Shown here: positions 1-8,423 of the stretch, one piece after another
Layout: every line of letters starts with the position of its first letter
Numbering within the stretch: the stretch's first letter is position 1
Assembly: GCA_963663475.2 (NCBI GenBank)
Contig: CAXXJV010000002.1
Span: 1-64,000, forward strand
Direction: 5' to 3'
DNA length: 64,000 nt
From: Candidatus Cloacimonadales bacterium
GTDB lineage: Bacteria; Cloacimonadota; Cloacimonadia; Cloacimonadales; JAFGVF01
Position numbers and translations under genes: made by a program
Notes under the pieces: generated by a model
Database searches by the model: none
What the model was told of the DNA's origin: nothing
The model's input: the letters and a program-made list of their open reading frames with translations, nothing else

Positions 1-4
1 ATAT

Positions 5-1060
5 ATGAATAGTAATGAATTAAACTACGAACCATTTGTAATTATCAGTAAATCTGATGATACTCAAGCATCTAAAAGTAAGGCTTTAGATTTAAAAGAC
101 GACGAGTTCAACTATCCTTTTGAAATGGATGAACTCACTGATGCTTATACAATCAATCCTTATCATGCTGAGTGTATTGAAAAGAAAGCAATCAATATCC
201 TGGGCAAGGGCTTTGATAAGAGAATTATGGACATCCTGGAAGAAGTAACGCCAACAGATTCAGCAATTACTTTATTATTAAAAACAATTAAGGATTATGA
301 AATGTATGGAAATGCTTACTGGGAGTTACCTAAAGTAGGAAGCAAAAGACAAATCTTTCACTTGCCTGCTCAAACTATGAGAAAAATTAAAACAGGTTAC
401 AGGCAAACAGTTAACGGAGAAAGTGTTGATTTTAAAGAAGATGAAGTATTTCATTTTAAACAAGCTACACCTTTATCTACAATTTATGGTGCACCTTCTT
501 ATCTTCCTATACTCCCTGATATTAGGATTATTAAAAGGATTAAGACTTATAATGAGAGATTTTTTGATAATAACGCTATCCCAGACTATGTTTATGAGAT
601 AATGGGAGGAGCTATTTCACCCAATGCTCAATATAATGTTCAATCTTTCTTCAGACAAAAGTTCCAGGGAGAAGAAAGAGCTCATAAACTTTTAGTTATA
701 CCTTACAAAGAAGGAATGTCAGGAAAATGGACTGCTTTACAGCAAAGAGAAGATGCTTCTTTCTTACAGTTGGAGCAACAATGTATTACTAACATCATTG
801 CTTGTCATGCAGTACCACCCCGCTTACTCTCTATGGTTAATACTACTGCTATGGGAGGTTCAGGAGAAACTGAAGGGCAAATGGAGATCTTCTTCCAGAC
901 TACCATCCATCCAAAACAATTAGTCTTATCTGGGCAATTCGGAGGACTGGCAAAGAAATATCCTGGTATTTTTGGAAATAATCCAGACTTCACTATTAAC
1001 CCTCTAGTCTATAATATCAAAGAAAATACAAGTGTGGACAGCTTGCTTAGGAGGTCTTAA
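5..1060 (+). CDS. Phage portal protein (PBSX/HK97-type Phage_portal family)
   Basis: Motifs YGNAYWE, VFHFK...IYGAPSY, FFDNNAIP, IIACHAVPPRLL. Confidence 0.88.
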   Translation: MNSNELNYEPFVIISKSDDTQASKSKALDLKDDEFNYPFEMDELTDAYTINPYHAECIEKKAINILGKGFDKRIMDILEEVTPTDSAITLLLKTIKDYEMYGNAYWELPKVGSKRQIFHLPAQTMRKIKTGYRQTVNGESVDFKEDEVFHFKQATPLSTIYGAPSYLPILPDIRIIKRIKTYNERFFDNNAIPDYVYEIMGGAISPNAQYNVQSFFRQKFQGEERAHKLLVIPYKEGMSGKWTALQQREDASFLQLEQQCITNIIACHAVPPRLLSMVNTTAMGGSGETEGQMEIFFQTTIHPKQLVLSGQFGGLAKKYPGIFGNNPDFTINPLVYNIKENTSVDSLLRRS

Positions 1061-1440
1061 TGATTTACCCCTTATGGAATGTGATAGAAGAGCTAATTGC
1101 AGGCACAGGCCTTTCTTTAGTAGATATTAATACTGATATTGCCTCTTACCATAGAAAGGCTCTGTATTCCTTGGAAAAGGTCTTTAAAAAGAAAAATGAA
1201 TCTCTAAACCTCAACCGATACCAGGTGGACGTAAGTCTTACCATAGTAACTAAAACAGATGAAACTAGTGTAAATCATACTCAAATTGTCTTAGAATTGC
1301 TCAGTAAAATTGAGCAGTTTGATGCTGACTTATTTGTCTCTCTTGAAACATCACCACCCCTTGTTATAAACGGAAGTGAGTACAAGGCCACCCTCTTTAA
1401 TTTAACTACAGAAACCTTACACTTTGAGGAGCTTTTATGA
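1060..1440 (+). CDS. Phage hypothetical protein, possible neck/tail-completion protein
   Basis: TAATG coupling to portal; size and position in morphogenesis module. Confidence 0.5.
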   Translation: MIYPLWNVIEELIAGTGLSLVDINTDIASYHRKALYSLEKVFKKKNESLNLNRYQVDVSLTIVTKTDETSVNHTQIVLELLSKIEQFDADLFVSLETSPPLVINGSEYKATLFNLTTETLHFEELL

Positions 1441-1799
1441 TTACTGCAGACCAGATTAAAACATTTATGAACATTACAGATGTAAATAACGATGTGATTG
1501 AGAATGCTATAAATGATGCTTATGAATACATCGGCCGCAAGGGTGTAGAAGATACAGGAGATAATGCTATAACCAAGGCTCTTAAGTATTTAACTGCATA
1601 TTACCTGATACCTCGTATATCTTATATAGCAGGCAATAAAGGAGTCTTTAAACAAGTGGGGACAGGTGAATCTGCTCAACATTTAATTTCTGATGCTGAT
1701 GTGATGAGAAGACAAGACTTTTATCTCAAAGAAGCTAATCTGATTATCTATGACATCATAAATGAACGAGAAGGATTTTTGCCTTTTATTGATATATAG
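1437..1799 (+). CDS. Probable head-tail connector/adaptor protein
   Basis: N-terminal ITADQIK...IENAINDAYEYI and ALKYLTAYYL pattern typical of gp6/gp15-like adaptors; ATGA overlap. Confidence 0.6.
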   Translation: MITADQIKTFMNITDVNNDVIENAINDAYEYIGRKGVEDTGDNAITKALKYLTAYYLIPRISYIAGNKGVFKQVGTGESAQHLISDADVMRRQDFYLKEANLIIYDIINEREGFLPFIDI

Positions 1800-1868
1800 T
1801 GAGTGAGAAGACCGGAGTCCCTCAGGCCTAGGCAAGGGACTTCGGGCGATAAATTAAAGGAGAAACAC

Positions 1869-2363
1869 ATGGAAAGCGTAAAAAGGCATTTAAAAGAAGA
1901 ATTAGGTTTAATTGCTGACAAGATAAGGACAAGGGCAATAAACATCGTAGAAAGTGAGAAAATGGTCGTTACAGGGCATTTAAAGAACTCTATCCAGACT
2001 AAAACTGTGGTGTCTGATACTGAAACCTATATTCTGGTATATGTTGCTGAAGGTGGGAAACTCTCAGGTTCTACCAAATATCCTAAGTACCTACATGAAG
2101 GAATCAAGCCCCATATGCCCCCAGTTGATAAGATTAAAGAATGGGTTCGCAAGAAGGGAATAGTAAAAAATGAGATAAAAAGTGCCTGGTCTAAAGCTCA
2201 AAGCATGAAAAGAAGTAAAAGACCCAAGAAACAAGACTTGATAGATAAAAAAATAACCCAAACTGCTTGGGCTATTGCTATCAATATGAAAAAACACGGA
2301 AGAAAACCTAGCCCTTTCTTAGAATTGGCAGTGAAAATGACACTTCAGGAATTGAGAATTTAG
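1869..2363 (+). CDS. Phage neck/virion morphogenesis protein (HK97 gp10-like)
   Basis: VTGHLKNSI...YPKYLHEG...G.KPSPFL motifs; AAGGAG RBS before ATG 1869 (the ORF extension to 1803 is an inserted repeat). Confidence 0.7.
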   Translation: MESVKRHLKEELGLIADKIRTRAINIVESEKMVVTGHLKNSIQTKTVVSDTETYILVYVAEGGKLSGSTKYPKYLHEGIKPHMPPVDKIKEWVRKKGIVKNEIKSAWSKAQSMKRSKRPKKQDLIDKKITQTAWAIAINMKKHGRKPSPFLELAVKMTLQELRI

Positions 2364-2403
2364 AATTGAGAATTGAGAATGTAGGGGCGTATTGAATACG
2401 CCT

Positions 2404-2439
2404 TTAGTTCTAAGATTGAGAAATTAAATTGCAGTTTAG
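2404..2439 (-). repeat. Inverted internal copy of prophage end sequence 14028-14063
   Basis: Reverse complement CTAAACTGCAATTTAATTTCTCAATCTTAGAACTAA matches 14028-14063 at 34/36. Confidence 0.9.
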
Positions 2440-2451
2440 ATAATTTTAAGC

Positions 2452-2486
2452 AAAAAAAAGAGCAGGTTTTGATGCCTGCTCTTTGA
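2452..2486. terminator. Bidirectional intrinsic terminator between convergent phage modules
   Basis: AAAGAGCAGG/CCTGCTCTTT stem with A/T tracts. Confidence 0.7.
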
Positions 2487-2619
2487 TTATTTAGGATTGA
2501 AACAAATCTTTAGTTACCTCATCAGATAGTTCACGAAGAACTATAGCTATCATTCCTGCGTTAATATCATCTTCACTGCCATGAGGGGTGCAGTGTTTTA
2601 CACGCTGTCAAGATATTTT

Positions 2620-3165
2620 TTAATAGTACCTAAATCCAACCCCCAGATTAGCTCCTGCCTGAGCAGAAATACCTAATGAAATAAGTAATTGCTTATACAC
2701 AAACAGAAAATCTACTCCAGCTTCACCAAGAGTATTAATAGATTTTGAAGAATAAAATACCTCTCCAATGGATGAATCCCACTGAATAAAATTTTCTTTA
2801 AAGCCAAAACCTAAGTAAGGAACAAATTTATATCTGCATTTTCTGTCTATAGTATAAACATTCCCAATAGAAATAATATGTTTTTCATATAGTTCTCTAC
2901 CTGTATCAACCCACCAACTAAAAGGTTCATCTTCTATAAGTACACCTTTAGGTTCGCCTTTGTAGTCGATTAGAACTTTTATAAATGGAGAAAATTTAGA
3001 ACTGTACTTACTTCGGCTAAACAGATATGCTGAAGCAGTATAGCCTCTTTGGTTTATTGAATGCCCCAAGGTACAGCCAAACTCAGTATGACTTATAACA
3101 TCATTTTTGGCATTTAATTGGATTAACGACAATACCAAACACACTATAAATACTAACTTTCTCAT
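2620..3165 (-). CDS. Prophage-encoded exported protein, probable outer-membrane beta-barrel
   Basis: Signal peptide, alternating beta-strand pattern, C-terminal LGVGFRYY; AAGGAG RBS. Confidence 0.6.
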   Translation of the reverse strand: MRKLVFIVCLVLSLIQLNAKNDVISHTEFGCTLGHSINQRGYTASAYLFSRSKYSSKFSPFIKVLIDYKGEPKGVLIEDEPFSWWVDTGRELYEKHIISIGNVYTIDRKCRYKFVPYLGFGFKENFIQWDSSIGEVFYSSKSINTLGEAGVDFLFVYKQLLISLGISAQAGANLGVGFRYY

Positions 3166-3175
3166 AATAACTCCT

Positions 3176-4660
3176 TTATTTTTTTGTGTTTTCTTCGTGG
3201 CTTAGTGTCTTCGTGTGAGACTCTTCTTTCTTCTCTGCTTCTCTCGCTTCCTGCAACCAAATCAAAAACTCTGCCAGTTCATCTGGGCTTATAACTTTAA
3301 TCTTCTTAAAGTAATAATCAATGTTATCTAAGAGTTTTTTATCAGTTCTCTCTATTAAGTTTCTTTCTTCCTGGGTGAAGTTATAGTCATTCATCAGCAG
3401 GATATGAATATCATAACGGGCAGGAATAGATCTATCTAATTCCCAATGCCAGTCTTCATCATCTTCTAACTCACTGGGTACATATTGGTACCAGGTAACA
3501 AGGCAGTTGAGAGGATAATTACCCCACTTCTTGTTATCCTCAACCTCTGCTATAATGCTGTCATAAGAGTTATGCCTGTTCCAATAATCTTCTTTTTTCA
3601 TGATAGCTTCCTTTATTATTCTTTGCTTACCATTATTAATACTAACAACTTTTATTGCCTTATCTTTAACCTTTGGCAAAACTTCATTCTCTGGCTTAAG
3701 ATGACTGGTAACAACCTTGCCTTCTTTAACCAGGAAGATAGTAAATAGGTATTTTTTAACACCTTTATCACTTAGATGATGATATTTAACCGTTGTTAAA
3801 GTAAGGTTTTTGTTACCTTTATTAACTGCCAAGTACATATTATCATTGTCTTGTAAACTGTCAATAATTTGTTGCTTGTATTTCTCTCTGCTTAAGCCTT
3901 GGTCAATCCCATGCTTCTGATAGTGCTGGCTCTCTTTTGATTTATTAAGCCATTCAGCCCCCTTGAGAGGCTCCATAATCGTTTTAACATCTTTGCTTGT
4001 TAAACTTTCTACATCATATATTTTCTGTTTGATTTTATCGAAATCATTAGTCGCCTCTTCATAAGTAACAAAAGTAGTCCTGCAATTAAAATGATAAGGA
4101 GGTAGCATTACCTTCATATCTTTAGTTGGCATACTTCCATAACCCATAGACTCAATCTTCTCATAAGTAACAAAATCAGGGTCAATGCTATAAGAAGATA
4201 TATCAAAGACTCTTCCGTGCATGGCCTGGCATATCTCGGTTGTTCTGTCATCCATATAAGCCAAGATTTGAACCTTAGTAACTCCTCTTCCTTGCAGATT
4301 AGACACATAGTCATTAGTTAAAGAACGAAACCAAGCTGTTTGACTAAAGGATTGGTATTGACTGAATATTAGCTGCTTTTGCCCTGCTGAATAAGGCTCT
4401 ATCCATTTCTCTACTAATTTTGTATAAGACTTTGTTACTTGGGGATTATCTCCCATTATCTCTTCTGCCACTTTGGTAAAATTAGAAAGATTGCTCTTTT
4501 TAATTCCCCTCTGTGGAGGGGTGCCCCTGGGCGGGGTGGTAATATCTTTTACCAGGGCATTAAACAACTTCTCCTGGTCTTTTTTGGAAAGGCCATTATT
4601 ACCTGTTTTTTTAGCTATTCTACTAATTGCTAATATCTTGGCGAACCTACTCATCTTCAA
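3176..4660 (-). CDS. MuF (Phage_Mu_F) minor head protein with long C-terminal extension
   Basis: AYMDDRTTEICQAMHGRVF...LPPYHFNCRT MuF motif followed by about 300 extra residues. Confidence 0.8.
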   Translation of the reverse strand: MKMSRFAKILAISRIAKKTGNNGLSKKDQEKLFNALVKDITTPPRGTPPQRGIKKSNLSNFTKVAEEIMGDNPQVTKSYTKLVEKWIEPYSAGQKQLIFSQYQSFSQTAWFRSLTNDYVSNLQGRGVTKVQILAYMDDRTTEICQAMHGRVFDISSYSIDPDFVTYEKIESMGYGSMPTKDMKVMLPPYHFNCRTTFVTYEEATNDFDKIKQKIYDVESLTSKDVKTIMEPLKGAEWLNKSKESQHYQKHGIDQGLSREKYKQQIIDSLQDNDNMYLAVNKGNKNLTLTTVKYHHLSDKGVKKYLFTIFLVKEGKVVTSHLKPENEVLPKVKDKAIKVVSINNGKQRIIKEAIMKKEDYWNRHNSYDSIIAEVEDNKKWGNYPLNCLVTWYQYVPSELEDDEDWHWELDRSIPARYDIHILLMNDYNFTQEERNLIERTDKKLLDNIDYYFKKIKVISPDELAEFLIWLQEAREAEKKEESHTKTLSHEENTKK

Positions 4661-4840
4661 CTCCTTTTAATCTATCCAGGTGGCGTCGCTAAAGCTATGC
4701 CAACCCAGGCTAATTACACTAATTACTCTAATGACAGGTCTTGCTCACGAAGTAGCGACTTCCGACAACTGGTCTTCTTCTTCGTGTCTTCGTGCCTTCG
4801 TGTGAGCCTCTTAAACTCCTAACTCCTAACTCCTAACTCT

Positions 4841-5515
4841 TCAGTCTTTATTCATTTTTAACCACTGAATATAATACAACTTCACAAGATTATCCTTCAA
4901 TCCCCTTTTATAGGCCATGTCTTTAAAAGGTGGCTTTAATTGCTTATAAAAGGTCTTATAATCCTCTTCACTAGCTTTAGCTAAGAGCTCTTTACTTTGC
5001 TTTCTCCACTCTTCTTGTTTTTTCAACTCTTCCGGAGTAATAGTTTCATCAGGAAGTCCTCTCTCAATCCTCCTAGCTTTCTCGAGCTCTTTCCTTTGAT
5101 ATTCTTCTTTCTTCTTAAAGACTATCCATTCTTGCAGATAACCCTCAAATTTAGTACCAAAAAGAGTCTTCGGCCTTAAGAATTTAAAATACTCATTTGT
5201 CAGCCATTGCTTACACTTAATATCTATAACCTGTTTAAATTCTTTTACTGTAAAACCTTCGTTTAATCTGGCTCTGATTAAAGCTTTAGTCTCTGGAGTA
5301 TTCCAACGAAATTGTTTACCTGACAGGTTATTTAAATAAGTGATTATTTCCTGGTATATCTCATTCTTCATTCCCATCTTATCAAAGTCCCCTTTAGGGG
5401 ATTTAGGGGCTTGGTTCTTCTTAATTATCCTCTGTAAGAACTGCCTCTGCTTGACTTCCATTACTTCCTTACCTACTAACTCTACAGCTTTGATATATAA
5501 CTCTCTGTTGGTCAT
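4841..5515 (-). CDS. Phage protein with conserved phage C-terminal (Phg_2220_C-like) replication-initiator domain
   Basis: EIITYLN...LIRARLNEGFTVKEFKQVIDIK...W...LRPKTLFGTKFEGYL. Confidence 0.75.
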   Translation of the reverse strand: MTNRELYIKAVELVGKEVMEVKQRQFLQRIIKKNQAPKSPKGDFDKMGMKNEIYQEIITYLNNLSGKQFRWNTPETKALIRARLNEGFTVKEFKQVIDIKCKQWLTNEYFKFLRPKTLFGTKFEGYLQEWIVFKKKEEYQRKELEKARRIERGLPDETITPEELKKQEEWRKQSKELLAKASEEDYKTFYKQLKPPFKDMAYKRGLKDNLVKLYYIQWLKMNKD

Positions 5516-5724
5516 TTTCTTTTCTCCGGGATAAATCTTATTTCATATTTTGGACAATATGCTTTTATATAGAGAATTATTATCTTCAGGCAGTGGATTA
5601 CCACTAATATAGGAAACATAAGCATTATTAAAAAATGATAACATATTACACTTTTTGATAATCTTCCATATCCTAAAACAATAAATAAGCCCAGTAGATA
5701 ATATTTCCAAAGCATTATAGACAT
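5512..5724 (-). CDS. Small phage membrane protein
   Basis: AGGAG RBS, two hydrophobic segments, ATGA overlap with next gene. Confidence 0.45.
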   Translation of the reverse strand: MSIMLWKYYLLGLFIVLGYGRLSKSVICYHFLIMLMFPILVVIHCLKIIILYIKAYCPKYEIRFIPEKRK

Positions 5725-5771
5725 CTTCTCTCCTTGAAAAACTTGACATTATTAGCTTATCCTTCGATTAT

Positions 5772-5800
5772 TGGTATAATTAATTCCAAAGGAGGCTATT
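5772..5800 (+). promoter_or_regulatory. Extended -10 promoter and RBS for antisense-oriented gene
   Basis: TGgTATAAT at 5772-5780, AAGGAGG before ATG 5801. Confidence 0.6.
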
Positions 5801-6172
5801 ATGCACGAAACCTTTCATTATAAAGGTAACTTTGACTTCTACTACTACGAAACTAATCAGAAAAAACTCGCTAAGGCTTTTCTAAAGTATATATTTCCTG
5901 AAGAAGTCATAAAAAAAGCGAGAGGCAAAAAGTATGAATCTATTGAACAATCGGTTATATCTGAACAAACTGAAATCTTATCAAGTATTTTTAAAGTTTT
6001 TTCTCCAGAAGCCTGTTCATACAAGATTCGTAAAATTGCCTCTCAGGATATTGATTTAGCTGTTATTCTCTACCTTATAGCTAAGGATAGGCTTGCCAAC
6101 GCCTTTCTTTACAAAGGGTATTTCAACGTGAAAGATGAGCTTGGACGCCTCGTGATGAAGTCCATCATCTAA
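5801..6172 (+). CDS. Moron-like hypothetical protein, opposite to the early operon
   Basis: Own promoter and strong RBS; 123-aa ORF. Confidence 0.65.
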   Translation: MHETFHYKGNFDFYYYETNQKKLAKAFLKYIFPEEVIKKARGKKYESIEQSVISEQTEILSSIFKVFSPEACSYKIRKIASQDIDLAVILYLIAKDRLANAFLYKGYFNVKDELGRLVMKSII

Positions 6173-6370
6173 CAAAGCATGAAGGGTTTTAAGAATTCTA
6201 TCTGTTGCTACATCAACAGTTTTGCGGATTCTCCTGTTCTTTATCTCAAGAGAACTTAACTCTTCATCAGAAACCAAGTGCAAGTCCTCCTTATTAACCG
6301 GGCTTGCACTTTTTGCATTTTCTATCATTTCATCTATTTCATCATCAATAGTTTTTATTTTATCATTCAT
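6056..6370 (-). CDS. Phage hypothetical protein
   Basis: AGGAG RBS; lies in early operon; 3' end overlaps the + strand gene. Confidence 0.5.
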   Translation of the reverse strand: MNDKIKTIDDEIDEMIENAKSASPVNKEDLHLVSDEELSSLEIKNRRIRKTVDVATDRILKTLHALLDDGLHHEASKLIFHVEIPFVKKGVGKPILSYKVENNS

Positions 6371-6432
6371 TATCTTCTCCTAATTCGTGTTAATTGGTTT
6401 AAATTCGTTTAAATTCGTGTAAAAGTCTTCTC

Positions 6433-7044
6433 TTACAGTGCTGAAAAGTTCAAGCTGATAGTATTCCATTCCCCAGTATCATCCTTAACCTTAAAGGTAA
6501 GATATTTCTTGGTAGATTCTACCTGGGTTGCTTCATCTATCAAGGCCATAGCTTCTTGCCATTCCGGATGTTCGATTTTTAGTTGTCTCAATCCTAAAAT
6601 CTGCTGAACATCTACATTGCCTCTTTTATCGACATTAAAGGCCTTATTAATAAGCATAACTATCTCTTTACCTGATTGTTTCACAAGTCCTTTGATATAG
6701 TTATCTATCTTAGTTTTGGCTAATTGGAGGCGTTCATCAAAAGCTAATCTCTTATTGATCTTAACCTCGATGGCTTTCTCCTTAGAAAAATCATAAATCC
6801 AGGCATTGCCTCGCCAGTCTTCACCATGTTGATGGGCAACCTTGTTTAAATGATTATCCACTACTCTGAAGACATCTACTCTAAACTCTGCTATCTGCTT
6901 CTGAAGTGCAATAACATCACTTATAACTTTACACACTAACTCATCACGGGCCTGATCATCTTTACTGATATACTTTACAGGAACCTTATATCCTTCTCCA
7001 TCGACCCAATATACACTCTTTCCTTCTTTAATCTCTTTTGCCAT
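6433..7044 (-). CDS. DUF3164 family Mu-like prophage protein
   Basis: YWVDGEGYKVP, FDERLQLAKTKID, AFNVDKRG, WQEAMALI, ISLNFSAL motifs. Confidence 0.8.
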   Translation of the reverse strand: MAKEIKEGKSVYWVDGEGYKVPVKYISKDDQARDELVCKVISDVIALQKQIAEFRVDVFRVVDNHLNKVAHQHGEDWRGNAWIYDFSKEKAIEVKINKRLAFDERLQLAKTKIDNYIKGLVKQSGKEIVMLINKAFNVDKRGNVDVQQILGLRQLKIEHPEWQEAMALIDEATQVESTKKYLTFKVKDDTGEWNTISLNFSAL

Positions 7045-7154
7045 TATTTACCTCTCTTTATTATCTTTTTCGCTTCTCTTCTTCTTTCGGCTCTTGAACC
7101 TCTTAGTTCTTTAGCTATTTTGCTTATTTCATTGTGTTTGATTCCTTTTTTCAT
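7044..7154 (-). CDS. Small basic phage protein (36 aa, not in ORF track)
   Basis: GAGGAG RBS; MKKGIKHNEISKIAKELRGSRAERRREAKKIIKRGK; TAATG coupling to DUF3164 gene. Confidence 0.5.
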   Translation of the reverse strand: MKKGIKHNEISKIAKELRGSRAERRREAKKIIKRGK

Positions 7155-7256
7155 ATTCTCCTCTCTTAAAACTCTGTGAAACTCCTCTTAACCTCTGTGA
7201 AACTCTGTGTTAAGGGTATTTCTTAATTCGTGTTAATTTGCTTAAATTCGTGTTAA

Positions 7257-7871
7257 TTAGTGTGAAGACTTTTCTACCTCTTCCTCAAACTTCCTCTGTT
7301 GCTTCCTGATCACTTCATTAACTTCCTGCAAGTCCATATCCTGGAAATAGAGAGCTAACTTATAACTTAATTCTCTCTTAGAGCAGTTAAAGTAACCCAG
7401 CATGTTCTCAAAATATTGTTCTACTAAGACATCTTTTAAGGTCTTTGCTTCTTCCCGGGCTTTTACCTTTATCTCTTTTACTTTCTCATTTAACTCAGGA
7501 TATGTAAGGTCTTCAGCTGTTTTTACCCACTCCTCCTGAACTTCATAACTTGTATCTTTTACTATTGGGTGGATTAACTCCAACTTATCAAAACCAACCT
7601 TATTGATAGTATCTTCATCCAGGTTCATCTCTCTAATAAAGAAGTCATACATCTTAGTTAAAGAATTGGCCACTCTACCGGGTAGGTTATACTCAGCTTC
7701 AGTAAACTCTCTAAAGCTCTTATAACCCTTTATTTTGTATGTTCGCATTCTCTTAATCTCAGAGAGCAGATTACCTGTCTCTACCATACTAAGTTCCATC
7801 TTTCCTAAGAGCTTCCTGATTGCTTCAAATCTTTCTTCAGGACTTAACTCCATAAATTGTTCGTTATTCAT
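7257..7871 (-). CDS. Phage helical protein (GYxSF-type, DUF3102-like)
   Basis: ETGNLLSEIK...YKIKGYKSFREF motif; AAGGAG RBS before ATG 7871. Confidence 0.55.
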   Translation of the reverse strand: MNNEQFMELSPEERFEAIRKLLGKMELSMVETGNLLSEIKRMRTYKIKGYKSFREFTEAEYNLPGRVANSLTKMYDFFIREMNLDEDTINKVGFDKLELIHPIVKDTSYEVQEEWVKTAEDLTYPELNEKVKEIKVKAREEAKTLKDVLVEQYFENMLGYFNCSKRELSYKLALYFQDMDLQEVNEVIRKQQRKFEEEVEKSSH

Positions 7872-7917
7872 ACTTGTCTCCTTTGACAACTCTTTGATGC
7901 CTGTATAGGCGGGGTGG

Positions 7918-8133
7918 TTAATTGTTATCTAATTGTAGTATATCAGAGTCTTCATCAACAAGCTCCAATATTTCTTTATCTAAGGAAATGGTTATTACAT
8001 TGTTTACCCATATTCTCCGGTACAACCACTTTGCTAATGCTTCAAAACCTGATGCAATAACACTTACTTCTATATAGTCTCCATTACCACCTTTATACTT
8101 GATTTTCCATACATATTTCCTTTGTTCTTTCAC
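7918..8133 (-). CDS. Phage hypothetical protein
   Basis: ORF coupled to neighbours, GGAGG RBS. Confidence 0.5.
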   Translation of the reverse strand: MKEQRKYVWKIKYKGGNGDYIEVSVIASGFEALAKWLYRRIWVNNVITISLDKEILELVDEDSDILQLDNN

Positions 8134-8423
8134 TCTTCCTCCAGGTGATCTACTTCCACCAAAGCATCATACTCTTCTTTGCTTATTTCAATTTGATCAT
8201 CAGCATTTTTAACTGGTAGAGTATCTGATTTTACTAATACCCGTCTGGAAGGAAAGCAGGCTGTAATTAATAAAGTACCTTTATCTTTTGGAACCAGGCT
8301 GACTGATATATTCTTGACTATTTCAAGCATCTCTTCGGTAAAATTTAACTTGTTACAAGACCCTAATATGCCTTGTATAGTCATTTCTTTTACTTTAGGG
8401 TCTATTATTTCATAGTATTTCAT
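8130..8423 (-). CDS. Phage hypothetical protein
   Basis: ATGA overlap with upstream gene. Confidence 0.55.
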   Translation of the reverse strand: MKYYEIIDPKVKEMTIQGILGSCNKLNFTEEMLEIVKNISVSLVPKDKGTLLITACFPSRRVLVKSDTLPVKNADDQIEISKEEYDALVEVDHLEEE

